Below are positions 13,481 to 27,545 of a stretch of 64,000 bases of DNA, in pieces. A program made the translations under genes and the position numbers. Every line of letters begins with the position of its first letter. The first letter of the stretch is position 1. The stretch spans positions 96,102,001 through 96,166,000 of the forward strand of contig NC_087437.1 in NCBI RefSeq assembly GCF_036321535.1, written 5' to 3'. The notes beneath the pieces were generated by a model, which saw only the letters and a program-made list of their open reading frames with translations, was not told where the DNA came from and did not search any database. This DNA is from Camelus dromedarius (lineage: Eukaryota).

Positions 13481-14699
13481 ATCATAATAAACAACAAAAA
13501 CCCACTTATTCTTCACGATGCTGAATTACATATACAACTGTATGTAATTTCCAAGAGTCAGTGTGGAATTTCCTACAAATTAGAAAAATCAATTTAATTT
13601 GCTTCTCTGGAATATTTGAATAGAGCTTCTCTAAAGGAATCCAAAAATTTCTTCAAGAGCCGTATCTGAAGGAATTAGATGATTTATTTAGCATCTCAGC
13701 CTAGATTTCCATTCTCCAAAATGAAGAACCACAAAAGATTATGCTATTCCTGTAACTACACAGTTAGTACCCACTGAAAATGTTTGCACCGTACTCTATA
13801 ATAAATGCATTTTTCTCTTAGTTGCAAAAGACTATCTCCAAGAGGTTGTATGTTTTTCCAGATCATGAAAGTGTCGAAGTCAGTAATTGATATTATTAAA
13901 TATGTTTACTGCTGATGCTGTGACACAGCTGAAACGTGCTTGCTTTTCTATGCTGAAAATTGATGGGATATTGAATCTGATTTCCCCTCTACAGTGGATG
14001 TCAGCAAAACTTCAACATGTGAACCAAAGAAAGCAGAAACAGTTGATAAATGTTCTTCATGAATCAGTCTCAGAAATGAGAGCAAATCAAGTGCCTGTGG
14101 GAACCTGAGCCACAGTTTCAGGCAGAGTCTGTGCAAAAAGCGGCGGCTCAGAGCAGCTGAGGTTTATCTGCAGAATGAGGCAAAGCCTGTGGAGCCAGAG
14201 GAACTGGCTCTGAGCCTTACCCTCCGACCAGGGTTTGCTTGGGTCTTGGTCTGTGCTTTTGGCCGTTATCCTAGAAGGCACACATTTTGTCTGTTTTGGA
14301 AAGGTGACTTTTTCTTCCCCACTATACTGGAACAATGGTCAAGAATGCCAGAGAAAAATATTCAGGCACATTGACTAGAAAAACATCATTTTGTAAAATT
14401 CTGGCCAGAAAATGAATTTTCTGTTGGAAAAAATATAAAATGGACCATTTTTTACTTATACGCTGCATTGTATCTAATGCACTATTTAGGCAAACATTTA
14501 TAAATTGATATCAAAATGTGAATTCCACTATGGCTAAGCCCAGGGTTTATTCTCTTCCCAAAGAAATAGGTGTGTCCAATGTTTTCTGTTTCATAATTTT
14601 GGTTTTCAGTCCATTGTGCATATTAGGTTATTTCCATGAAGCACACACATTTACATCCATATTTATAATATCACTAATGTGCTAGCAAAATAATGTACT

Positions 14700-14890
14700 C
14701 TCATATGCTTCATCTTATGTAAACTTTATAACAGCCTTGTGACCCGTGTAGTGTGGCATTTTAATCCCCATTTTACATATTAGGGCACTAAGACTCAGGG
14801 TAGGGAAATGGCTGGTTCAGTGTCCGATAGTTAGTAAGTATCTCAATGATGGCTCTGTCTCCTCTCTTCTGATTCTAAGCTGAGTGGTTT
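14700..14890 (-). mobile_element. MIR SINE remnant
   Basis: atccccattttacatattagggcactaagactcagggtagg...agttagtaagt. Confidence 0.7.
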
Positions 14891-15214
14891 TTGTTTTATG
14901 GTTTAGTATATCAGAGCACCTTTCCTGCTTGCTTTGTATCCTTTATCAACATAACTCAAAATAGGTCCAACTACCCACATTTTCCCATCTATTATTTCGT
15001 TCATTAGACACGATTGATGTTAAGGTCTGCATGGCTCCCTGAGCAAGGGCGAGGAGTGTTAGACCTGGAAGATGTTAGTGCTGATGGCATTCCACCCCGT
15101 ACCAGGTCTGCCAAAACCTTTATTCCCCTGTACCTTCTATAAGCTTGGCAGACCTTCTGCATTGTTCCTATTCTAAGATTATCAGTGTGTCAATTTCCCA
15201 CTTTACTTATGAGG

Positions 15215-16160
15215 TTAAGTGTCTGGATCCGTTGCAGACTTTTCAAGGAAGGTGTCGAACAAATCAACGGGATCACTGAGCATATGTTATAAATGGACTA
15301 ACTACAAAGGAGTGGGCAGGGCTAAGAGAAAACAATTAAGAGGTAGGGCAGTATCTGGGAGTCACTGTCTCCGTAGGCCTGAAGGAGCCAGGAGAGGGAG
15401 CAGATCCTGGAACCCAGAGAGAACAGCTGGACGAACGGGCTGGGGTGGAATTGGCAAGAGTGGAGAAAGGAAAACAAAAACACCAAACTCACTTTCTTGT
15501 GAACTTCCTATATCATGCCACACGTCCCACTGTCTCAGACCAGAAGCCAGATAGTGTACTAGACCAGGTGTATCTGAAACAGAGCCTAAACGGACACATT
15601 CTTTGGGAGTGCAACCCTGCGGAAGCGGAGTTGAGGAAAGAGGGAGGGAAGCAATACAAGGAGAGCAAATATAACAACTCGCTTTACTGAGCTGGCTCCT
15701 TCTTCACCACAAGCAGATACCTTGGTTTCACAAAACAGCTCCAGAAAAGTGATAGGAAGTTGGGATGTCTCTCAAGTATTTGAAGGGCCCATTGGCTATT
15801 CATGGCCTTATGAAGTGTTGACTCCCTTGATCTTCTGGATCATGTTATTAACGGACACTGAGTGGTCCTGTGGTGTTTCCCACTCAGCAGCAATGAGGAA
15901 GCATCAGGGCACAAGGGGAAAAAATGTGAAGCAGGAGCCAAGGTTCTGCAGGGTCATGCCTGTGGGTGATCTGATCTGAAGGAATCCCCAGAACAGAGGC
16001 ACTCTCGGCCAGAAGTGGCAGGAAAGCTGTAGCTCCACAAACTTCAAAACACTGTGAGCCCTGCTGGGGCTGCATCAGTCAGAGAGCAGACCAGGTGATG
16101 GTGCAGATCTAAGCACGCACAAACTCGGCGTGGAGCAGAGGACCAGAGTGCTTATAAAGG
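15215..16160 (-). mobile_element. ERVL-class LTR remnants (LTR16/LTR33-like)
   Basis: aaacagagcctaaacgg...ctttgggagtgcaaccctg...gagggaagcaatacaagg resembles old ERVL LTRs; boundaries approximate. Confidence 0.5.
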
Positions 16161-19100
16161 TCAGCCTCACAGGGCACAGAAAGAAGGCAGGAGCTGGTGG
16201 AGGAGAGAAGCGGGTCTGGCACAGCAAACAGAAAATGTGCATCGTGTATATACAAAATGGGAAGAAGCTTCTACAAAGTGGCCATGCTCTCTTTAGCAAC
16301 ACTACATCTCCAAACTTTATTCTTTTCAGATTCCTAGATTCCTTTATATTCTTTTACATTCCTAAGGCAGGACAGAGTGCTCTAATGCTGTAGTCTGATG
16401 GCTTTGTGTGTAGTCTTAGAAAATTTTATTCTGTCCCTTATCCTGGTTTAATTTCATTCAAACTCCTATAAACCTGCATTTTCACTCGTGGCTTCTCCTT
16501 ACCATGCCAGGGAAACAAATGCCACATCTCTAGCCTTCCCCTTCCTGCAGAACTTACTTCTGGCCTCCTCATTTCAATCTCATCCCCAACTTGAAAGTCT
16601 TAGCAGTGTTAGGGATTTACACATTAATTTTTGTATTTAACTCTTTCTGATATACTGTATCATTATTGATATTTAACCCAATAATTTTTTTCTCTTTGGT
16701 AATAACAATAAATTTTAATTTTAATCACTAGTTAAAGAGAATAGCATCTCCCCTCCTCAATACTGTAAAAACTAACCTGATCTAGAAGTGCATTTGCATT
16801 TATTAATGTCAAACATCATCTAGTTATTCATAGTTGTGATTGGAACCACATGAAAAAAAGAAGAAGAAAAGGGTTTGACTGCCTCAGCTGTCTAAATTCG
16901 ACTAACAATTAATATTTGCAGGTGCTGGGAAATTTACTTAGACGGTTGATCCCAGGGCACACCTTGATCTACCCTTGAGGCATGGCATTAGGCCTCCAAG
17001 TCTATAACTCAGAAAGGAGTTCTTGTGCAGGTGCAAAAAGAATCCACGGATGAATTGCCAAGTGCCTAGTGTTGTACTCCTCCGATTCTGAAGACGATGT
17101 CATTGGTCTGGTTTGTGTTAACTTTTGATAAGATTTAATTAGAAATAAAGACTAGAAAAAGTATTATAGAAACAAAGAATTTTTTTAATCAGTAAGGTCT
17201 TAGAAAATCATAAATTATTCTGGTGTCTCCCCCCAACTTGTAGTTCCACCCTTGCCAAGTTGTATACATCAAGCTACCTTTGCAAAGTTGGTACATAAAA
17301 TTCCATCCATATGATTTAATCTTCTGCTGTAGGCAGGAGGAGATAGAGTACGTAAATGTTTTTCACCAAAATGTTCTTTTTGTTTAAGTGATGGGAGAGT
17401 GAGGAGTGTCTGTAAATGAGGAGATTTCAAGAAGCTCAGTTCCTCCTTGTAATGTGGTGTGTGTGACAATCACCCTGGCAACAACCCTAATAGCTAAACA
17501 CATAATAATAATTTCTTCACAGTAAGGAAATAAAATAAGCAGTTAACTCTGGAGCTAATATTATTTTGGAATAGTTTAAAGAGTATAATTTTGGAAGGGA
17601 AGAGCACATTTTTGTCAATTTCTTTCTCTTTTGACATTTAACTTAGAGGTTGGGGGTAGATGGTATAAATTACCAGGATCTGAGTTCTGGAACAGGGCCT
17701 AGACCCCAAATGTGTTGTATGTCTACCAAGCCCTCAGTTTTGTTTTGTTTCTTTGGCCATGCCATACATTCTGAGGCCTAAGATGGTTTGGGATTTTTTC
17801 TTTTTTATTATTTGTTTATTTCACTAGTATCAGGACCCGGTTTTTGGTTGTGCACTAAATCACGAATGTTGACCTATTTCAAATCCTTGTAAATAAAAAT
17901 AGAGCTATTTTCATGCATCTCTACTTTAGAACTGCAGTTTTTCAAAGAGTGTTGTAGGGTGAACATTATTATTTCAATGAAAATTTTCTCAACACTACCC
18001 TAGTCTAGATTTCTTTTTTCTAAAGCCAGTAAATAAATTAAAAAAAAAAAACAAACTAAAATTCCTTCAAAAATACATTAACAGTGGGTTGGATTATACT
18101 GCTAGATGGATCCTTTAGGATAAAAACATAATATTTTAGATCTTCCTTGTTTTTATTGATAAAAAAATTAAGGCTTACTGATGCTAATTAAATAAGGCAA
18201 GAACACCATTAACAAATCAAGAAATTAGAATGGAACCAAGGTAATTTGCTTCTAAATCCAGTACCTTTCTTTTACTATTCCATTCTGGTGGACTCCTCCT
18301 GGATTATAAACCAGTGTTTTCAAAATATAGACCCCAGGTTCATCTGCATCTTCTATGATGCTTTTCAGGATGTAGCTTCGGATCCACCTCTTGATATTGA
18401 TTCTGTAGACATGAAATAAGGCACTAGCGTCTGCATTTGTAACAGCCACCCAGGGGATCTAACGCACACTGACATCTGAGAGCACCGCCAACCACATGGT
18501 CGCCGTGCAGACACTTCATCAGTGCTGTCCACTGGCTTCCCGTACATCTCCGTGAGAGCAGACCAAGAGTCCAACCAGAGGCTGATACTGAGCCTCTGAC
18601 AGAAATAAATAAATAAACACACACAAACAAACAAATAACGTATATGGTTTAATTGATTTAGTCTGGGAAGCAATAGATGGAATATAGGATTTGGTTAACA
18701 CAAATTAGCTCTCATCCTGAGAACGTCATGCATTAAGTCAAAATCAAAACTGTCGCATCTTACTTCTTTGGAGATGCTGGCAACTAGCATTAAACAGGTT
18801 GAAACAGATGTATTTCTCTCTTGCCGGAAGCTGTACTCAGACAGCAATGGTCAGCTCCTCAAGGAATTTTCAGCCAGTGACACTTAATTATATCTAGCCC
18901 CAAATTCAGAATTGGTGACATTCTGGGAAAGGACTATTGACTAGCTGAGAAATGACAATGTTGAGGTTCAATATTAATCTTATGATCACCAGGAATAAAC
19001 TAGTACCTATTTATTTGTGAAAGTTTTGATGCAGTTTTCAAGTGACAATGTTCAGCAAGCATTGGAACAACATTTTTCATGTCAGATTTTGATTTTGTTT

Positions 19101-22100
19101 TGGTTTTAAGAGAGTGCGGGGTGGAGAAGACGGAGGGGTGCTTCATATTGAAGTTTGATTGAAAACAACCAAGTGCCCGCATGAGTCTACACACAAGACG
19201 AGGCCTCAAGTTTTCTCATTTCAAGCCTGAGTAGTTTAGATCATCGGGAAGGCATGTGGGCTGCAAGGCCACAGATTCCAGTCAGTGTCAGTTGCCTTTG
19301 TACAGGAGACAATCAAGCAGCAAGGCACACTGTAATTTTTATTTTATGTTTCAAAGGGTTCTTTAAAAAGATTGTATTCTTCCCTCACATTTTCCTTGCC
19401 ACAGCTGGTGGCTTCTTCCTAAATGGTATATTAGGGCCCATGAGCACTTGATGTCTGTCTTCTCTTACTTGACTGACATGATGTGTGTCAAAATGTAAAC
19501 AGTCTAATGCAGAAAGCACATGAGTTCAAGGAGAAATTATAAAACTGTTTCTGAAGTGTCTCTGAAGGGCTGTGCTCTGAGAAATTTCAGCCTGTGACCT
19601 TCTAGCCTTCACTAATTCTAAGCTTGTGGATTTATAAGGTTGTGCTAATGGCCACGCTAATCTGTAGCCACTGGAAGGACCGAAGTGTTCTCTCTCCCCT
19701 ACATGAATACAGAGCACTTTCTGCAGTGATTGGAAGCAGGTTATTCACAGCTTGCTAGAGTGAAATTACATTTAAGCCCATTTCAGGTTCTTTTGCTGAT
19801 TATTAAAGAACAGTGCATTTCATTTTTAGCACCTTGCTCTAATGAGAGTTCTGTTGTTAATGAAATCATTAGGCATCCGTAATGCTGTCTGCCTCTGTCC
19901 AATATACAATTGGATGTAGTCTTGGAGTGTTAGAGATGGCAGGAGGCTAGAGTCATAGGACCGTTTAGTTAGGTAGGCATGCCTTCACCCCAGTTTTCAG
20001 ATGTGGTGTTCTCTCTGTAAGTAAGTGTTAAGCAGCCACACATGACAACAGCTAAGCCTGTACTCACTCCTGTGATGCATCTGCAGAACCTCCTCCCCTC
20101 CCCCTCAACCCCAATGCCATGGAGCATCCTGCTTTGATGATGGAGGTGGAGAAGAATCTCACGCATCTTGGTGGAGGGAGTCAGACCCCCTTGGCAGGTC
20201 TTGTCTTAGAGTTTGCGATTCTTTCCCTCCTCTCTTACTTCCCATATTTACAGGGTGCCAGGTTTGTCCAGGTAGATTGCAAAGGATAGAAGTTTGGACC
20301 TGAGTAAGAAAATACTGCTCTCAATGAATTAACGACTAAAGAGTTGTAATTGTGCATCAATAACCTAAGGTAAATATTGAAGGAGATCTTGTGGGGATGG
20401 AAAGATGAGATTTCCTTGCAGGCTGATGAAGTACCGTTGCCTGCTTCTCCAGCCGGGCGAAGGATTTCTCCTCCCTCCTCTCTTGCATGTCTACAATACC
20501 TCACAGCTAAGGGTCTGGCGCAGAGTGGTCCTCCTCCCCCAGACGTACCATGGCATTTCACACCTCTTATCCTTTACGAGTTTCATTTTTCCAGAGAATA
20601 TTACATAATGTAATGGACAAAATGACTCCGATCAAACATTCCCTTCACTGTTTCCCCACTCCTGGAAATACAAACACACCTCCCCAGACACACATCCCCA
20701 CATTCTCTCAGTAACTCTCTTCTCTGTGGGACCATGATGTGTACACTGTGAGCACAATGTACACTAATCCAGTGTGCAGAAATATAGATCATTTTTTGAC
20801 TTCATGATTCATTCTGGCTTTTTTTGAGTAAGTAATGTGATCATTCAAGCCCAGCTCAAAATACATGGCTGAATAGTTTTCCCAGCCCAAGGGACTGTCT
20901 TTTTGTGTCATCGTGCACTTTACAGAGGCACGTTCTTCCTTTCTAAGCTCCTGGTTTCTAAATGACACACCTAGGTATTCCTTCCATCAGGTGGGACCCA
21001 CAGAATGGAGGCCACCCCGGTGACCCGGTCCACATCGCAAATCGAAACCTAAATCATCTGGCCTTCAGGGTAGAGGCCTCACTGTCAAGGAAACCTCACG
21101 TTCACCAATTACAATCCTCCACCTCAGCTTTAGTGAGCTTAACTTACCCTGGAAAATGGACCTGCTCACTTTATGAGGAAATCCCTGGCCTCCTAGCCAA
21201 ACACGCCTTGTCTGCGTATTGCCGCTTCCAATGCTCTGTAAAATGTGCATCCTGAATCTCTTGGGAACAGAGCCCCACTGCTTGTAGAGTGCTCCACTCC
21301 CTCAGTGCATGGGTTGTCCTACCTTGAATACGGGACATCAAACTTGTTACTGAATTTTTTTATTTTTGTCACTTGATACTTGCCTCCTGTTGAAATATAT
21401 GCACTTATTTCTGAATTTATTTTTATTTATACATTTGCATATGATTGTATGTCTGTAACTGAATAGGACTGGTTACATTAGAGCTTCAGTTAGTAAAAGA
21501 AAATAGTAATATATAGCTTCAAATGGAATATTGGAATCATCTCCACAGGTCACCTAAGTCACTACTGACTATTTCTCTTAAGTTGAGGCAATGCTGTTGA
21601 TGGTTAATTTTGACCATTACATGTGAACTCTTTTTAATTTCACTCTAAACATGACCACCTCATTTCACAGTTCTGGGGAACTATAGTCAGCACTGATGGA
21701 AACCCAGAGGGCAGTGGTAGGAGCCGACATCAAGCAGTTGACTCATCATTTCATAGTGGATTTTTACATCATTACCTAATGCATGAATTTCAATGTCAAC
21801 AGGAAGATAACAAAAATAATTCACATTTGTACAGCATTTTAAATGTTAAAACAAATATTAATTTATTTGATTCTCCCAACTTTATGAGATGATAAACTTG
21901 AGTGGCTGAAAAAATACTGTTAATAGATAAATCATTGATGTTTTTTCCATCAGCAGAAGCGAAAAGACCTCTTATATCAAAACATTCATTTGGCCTCAAA
22001 ATGAGAAATCCTGGTATGTGAATTAGGTTTGATTCTTCATTTTTATTTGTTTTTTTTTTTTTTTTTTTTTGGTTTGATTCTTTAGAACTCTGAAGAAACA

Positions 22101-22936
22101 GCAGAGCCCAGCTACCTCAGATAGAGGCACCAACACCCCGAGACACCGTAGGCAGGGATAATTTCATGCCTATGTCCATGCCTAATTCTTGCTGGTCGGG
22201 AGTGGGGGTGGGGGGAGTATGAGTGATGGAAATCCACAGATAATCAACAAACTTCTTTTGCTCGAAGGGTTTGTGCTCTTTCCCCAAGGAGGCTTTTGCC
22301 GTGATCTCTACCTAGAAGGAAAAATTGGCTGCTCTTTCTTCTTCTTCAAGCCCCCTTCCCAGCGTGTGGGCATGAGGCTCCCCTCCAGGAGTGTGTGTAG
22401 CCTCACCACTGGAGGTCATCTTTTTTTCATCACCATCTGGAGGTCTTTTCCCAGGCACTTTAGTTGCTCCTCCACCTGATTACAATATCCCACTGATCCT
22501 GTTTTGCACTCTCTGCTTCTTAACAGGATCTCTCTTTGGTGTCCCAACACCATAAAGAAGTTAATAATGCATAATGAGCTTGGACATCAATAGTTTGAGC
22601 TGCAGTGGACTGAAATTACCCTTCTCTTTCATGGCACCAGGAAGGCAGAGTCTGATCATCGGTTCAGTGAATTCCCACGTCAAGACAGACATAGGTGGAA
22701 GTTTTGTGAACAGTAAGCACATGAGCACAGGGCACCGCCAATGCACCTTTCTTCCTCTTGCTATTCATCTGGAAAAATGATAGCTTTGTATCTGTCCTTG
22801 AAAAACCAGCAACTAATAGCCTGGAGAAACTACCTTTGTCTTGTAAAATGCACAATAAAATCTTTGCTGTTCCCACATAAATTCAGGTTGTCTTGCATTA
22901 CCTTTGGTTTTGTGTTTCTTAATAAATTATCATTCA

Positions 22937-23140
22937 GAATTTATAGATGCTAACTACTGTATATAAAATAGATAAACAACAAGGTCCTACAGTACAGCAC
23001 AGGAAACTATATTCAATACCTTGTAATGGCCTATAATGAAAAACTATGAATAGGGATATATATACATATATATAAATGAATCTTTATGCTGTACACCAGA
23101 AATTAACAAAGTACTGTAAATTAACTATACTTCAATAAAC
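22937..23140 (+). mobile_element. LINE-1 3' end
   Basis: actactgtatataaaatagataaacaacaaggtccta...aactatacttcaataaa. Confidence 0.9.
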
Positions 23141-23164
23141 AAATATATAATTAATTTTTTTATT

Positions 23165-23395
23165 TCTGTTTTTTTTAATTGAAGTATAGTCAGTTTACAA
23201 TGTTTCAGTTTCTGGTGTATGGCATAATGTTTCAATCATACATTGCACATACATATATCCCTTTTCATATTCATTTTCATTATAGGTTACTGTGAGATAT
23301 TGAATACAGTTCCCTGTACTATACAGAAGAAACTTGTTTTTTTAATCTATTTTATACATAGTGGTTAGTATCTGCAAATCTCTAACTTACAATTT
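23165..23395 (-). mobile_element. LINE-1 3' end, inverted and tail-to-tail with the preceding copy
   Basis: ttttttaattgaagtatagtcagtttacaatg...agttccctgtactatacag is the reverse complement of the same L1 3' end. Confidence 0.9.
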
Positions 23396-25679
23396 AAAAA
23401 AATTTTTTTTTAACTTAAAAAATATATGATTAGCATGCCTAGACACATTTTCACACTGTTAAACACATCTATTTTCCTTAGATATATAAGAGAGTCATTG
23501 CTTAGGTATGTCAGGAGCCTCCAAAACATATTCCTTTTTTTATTTTAATACACTAATAGAAGGGAAAAGGGTGTCTGTTCTATGAATTGCTTCCTTGGAG
23601 AAGTAAAACACACACACAAAAGCTAGTATTTATTAAATGAATACATGAATAAACTAATCCTTTAAAACAACTCGGGTACATGGACAAAACATTTGATCTG
23701 GGGAAAGGACAAGAAGTAGGAGGCAATTTGGGATCAGCATTTGCTCCAATGAGTGTAATTATTGTGTAAATTGTGGCTCTTGACAAAAATCTCTGAGTCC
23801 TGTTGAGATGTTGTTAATGCCCCAGGAAGAAGCCTGCCTTCTCTAGCGTGATTGCTTACAAAGATGCTGCCGCCTCCTTCCTCCTTTTCCCACAGGAGAT
23901 GGGCAATTTGCCAGTGTTTCATTTTCAAGTGCCATTGTTCACCTAGAGCTTTAGGAAAAGCTCCTGCTTTTTATTGTTAATCCAAATCTAAACGATGACC
24001 ATTTGAAAAAAAAAAATCTTGAAACATTTTACAACAAATTTATTAGGCACTGACATTTAACCACGATGACACAAATAGCTCTGTCACTTGTTTTTTAACT
24101 TAACAAGTAATTTAGTAATTTATGCAGCCTCGGAATTACTTTATTGGTTTGTGAAATCTCCTTCTATGAGTAATTCATGGGAAAATTATAAATCTACGGC
24201 TGCTTCTGCAACACCTTTCCAACATTCATTCCATTAGTTACGATTCTGACAACAAAGCAACCCGGTAATGTTTACTGCGTGATTCAATCCCTCGAATGTC
24301 ATATTTTACATTGTATATATATAGGACACTGCAGAAGAACGGTCCAATTGTCCTGCATTCTAAGGGAATTAGACACATTTATTCATTAAAGAACTTGAAG
24401 AATAGGTTAAAGATGTTAATGATTATTGAATGTGAGCTCATGCTGGGACCTTATGTGAATTAGGTTTGGCAGTCTTGGATTAATTCTTCATATTTAACAC
24501 ACGCTACACATTCAGGGGGTAATTTCCTGTGTTTTATCATAAAGACTGAAGCAAGATCAAAATGGATGCCAGAATTTGAAACGGTTCTGTGCAAAAATGG
24601 GAAGCAGGTAATCCTTGCTTTTATCAACCCTTTGCACAGCCCTTTGAGCATGTGTCCTTGTCCTGGTCCTCCCTTCACTTGTCATGGTCTGCCCACCTCC
24701 CAGCACTTGGGGTCTGTCACTTGGCCAAGGCCCCCGCCGTGACAGCGTCCTTCTGCTCCCAACCTTTCCTATTCCCTTCGCTTTCAGTTCAAAAATTTCC
24801 TACAAATGTTACACTCTTTAAGAGTCCCTTCTAGTCTAGAGAACAAGAACATTGATTTGTGTTTAGGAGTTAATAGCTGGTAGTAGCTATTAATGTGACA
24901 CCCTTCCACATATAATTTGCATTTAAACAGCTGCCTTGAACTGAAAGAGTTGGAGAAGGCTGAGGATTTCAGACTCTGAGGCAGGGCCAATGAGAGTTAT
25001 TTTTTTGTCACCAAGCCCTTCCCAGTGCCTCTCAGGTGTTTAATCCGTCTATGAGACATGAGGAGGGAGAAAACTAAACACAGCTCTGATTTGATTCCCA
25101 GCTCTGACAATTACTAGCTCTGTGACCTTGAGCTAGTTCTCCAGTGTCCTCAATCATAAAATAGGGCTAATAATGTTTTATGAAGACTAAATGAGTAAGA
25201 TAGCAAAAACTCCTGAAGGTTTAACATTATAAGAATGTCAGTTTAAAATCTTTTGGTTACAAATGACAGACATTCAACTCAAACCACATATTCTGATAGG
25301 GTAGAAATGTGTTGTTGTTTAGAAATACATATTTTTAGCAAGCAAAGGCAGGGATTCTGACATGGGTGGTAATTGATCATACTTCCACGAACACTATCCT
25401 AGGGAGTCCAAGGAGTGTTCCACAGACCTGAAAAAATGAGAGGCAGGAGATGTCAGAGAATGTAGTGGTCCAGATCTAAAATCATCTGAAGTTAAGGGTG
25501 ACAACCTCAATAAACCATAGAGAGTACAGACGAGATTGAAAGGTCATGCCGAAAGTAAATCTAACTATACACTAAATCTCTAAGGACTTGAGAATAATCT
25601 TTGACAACAGAGAAAATTGAGGATTTTTTTAAAATATATAGAAATTAACTGAAATCGGGGAAGACCATTGGACCACTAG

Positions 25680-26010
25680 TGGTAATCTGATAAAAGGAGC
25701 AGAAAATGAAAGCGGTGCCAGAAGAGTGGAGATGAAAAAATGCAGTCCCATTTTTCTTTAAAGAGCCCAAATTGGATTCTTCCAGGTATAGCACAACGAA
25801 TCTTGGTGTCAATCTTGAGAGATTATGAAATGGGATGTTGAATGAAAGATGTCTAAGAACTTAATGGAGAACATGGTACTCATCGAGGACCTGTGTCAGT
25901 TTCCTAAGAACTAGTCAGATTATTTCTACTTTTGATAGAATTACCAGATTGGCCAATTTTATATGACCAGGAAAAATTGGACATGCAGCGTGTCTGGAGT
26001 TCAATTGTCC
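25680..26010 (+). mobile_element. CR1/L3 LINE reverse-transcriptase remnant; further 3' pieces at ~26960-27070 and ~27900-27980
   Basis: atttctacttttgatagaattaccagattgg...gaccaggaaaa...gtgtctggagttca resembles CR1 RT; gcacctttccaacaccaagaagttatga resembles the CR1 3' terminus. Confidence 0.55.
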
Positions 26011-26054
26011 ATGAATCTACCATGAGAAAGAATAAAGAAAACAGTTAACTATCA

Positions 26055-26400
26055 GTCAGGAAAAGCTTTCCCTTTCCCCTGTCAGGTTCAGTGACTGAGA
26101 GGGCTGTGAATGAAATCAACAAAAGACAGATTAACAAAAGGCAAGACGTGTAACTTTTCCTACTATCTTACGTACACAGGAATTCACAGAAAAGAAGCAT
26201 AACTCAAAGAGTTTGGGAGCTTATCTACCAATCTAATAAAGGAAAGGTGATTTAGGCTTCAAGGGAAAATAATAAGGGTTATTTCAAGGTCTGTTTCACA
26301 AACTTCTCTTGGTGTTGACTGTCCTCTTCTCGGTTAGGGGGTTGGGAAAGTGAGGGATCAGGGGAGGAATATCCTCTGTGAGAACTATTTACCACTCTGT
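26055..26400 (-). mobile_element. LTR fragment (ERV1-like)
   Basis: aacaaaagacagattaacaaaagg...aactcaaagagtttgggagcttat resembles ERV1 LTR sequence; termini not resolved. Confidence 0.45.
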
Positions 26401-26729
26401 AGGTAGCTGAGAGATGTACAAGTGTTCTCTTTTCTGGTAGAGGTTCAAATGTTTTCCCCTGAATTCTGCGGGGTGGTGGTGGTGGAGATTTGCCTCCATT
26501 TGTAATTCATTTCAACATTCCTTTTCTCCATATGAATTTGGGCTTTTTGAATTTTTCTTTAAACTGGTTCCCTTATATGCATGGTTCTCTCAGTTAGTGA
26601 CTAGAATAAAGCTTAATCATATGATCATTTTACATCCAAAGGAGAGTCACACTTTTACCATTTTTTTAAGTGTCTTTCAACAGTGAAATCACTTGTTGTG
26701 TAGGATTGGAAAACTCCTCTGTATATTCT

Positions 26730-26856
26730 TGAGAAAATGAGTGATAAAGAAAAATAATGCCTTAGTATTTTTAAGAAAGCAGTTTTTATTTTGCAGAACC
26801 CCCAACAATTTTAGAAACCCCCAGGGATCTCAGAATCATATTTTGAGAACTACTGC
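26730..26856. mobile_element. hAT-Charlie terminal fragment
   Basis: ccttagtatttttaagaaagcagtttt...catattttgagaactactg parallels the element end at 49530-49625. Confidence 0.6.
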
Positions 26857-27079
26857 TTCACAGTTTTAAGAACTGTCTCATTCAACACAGCCAATGAAAA
26901 GGATTTTTATTTAGAGTCAAGTCAAAAAGATGGTGTTAGGAACCTAAAATGTAGTCTGATAGAAAAGTTTAAAGAAATTGAACAATACATTTAGCAAAGA
27001 AAAGATAAAATTGAAGGGACTAGGATATTAATATTCAAATGTTTTAAAGGCTTAACATAGAAGACTGACATTTCTCATG

Positions 27080-27545
27080 CAAAGGTGGAGTTTGATTCCT
27101 TTTGCTTTGAATTAAGTGGAAATTTAGTGACTTACTCCTCGTGAATAGATAGAAGAAAAAGTGACACTGAATAATGTTCCAAATCTAGGTCCTACAAGAT
27201 GATACAGCTTACCTAGTTGTGTCTCTGGACAACCATCCTTGAGATCTAGCCACCATTTTGTGAGGAAGAAAGCTTAGGTCACATGGAGAAGCCACGTGTA
27301 AATGTTTTGGCCACCAGCACAAGCTAAGGTCGAAGTCAACAGCCAGCATCAACCACGAGACTGAGTGAACAATACTTCAGCAGCCAGTCTTTGCATCATC
27401 CCAGCTAAAGCCGAGTAAAGCAGGGATAAGCTGATGACTGCCAAGTTCTGAGCAACTTGCAAATCCATAATCAAAATATATGTTGTTGTTTGTAGCCACT
27501 AAGATTGGTGGTGGTTTGTTATGAAGCAAGAAATATCCAGAACAA
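27080..27545 (+). mobile_element. MaLR MLT1 solo LTR
   Basis: agccaccattttgtgaggaag...gccagcatcaaccac...agccactaagattggtggtggtttgttatgaagcaa...aaca. Confidence 0.8.
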
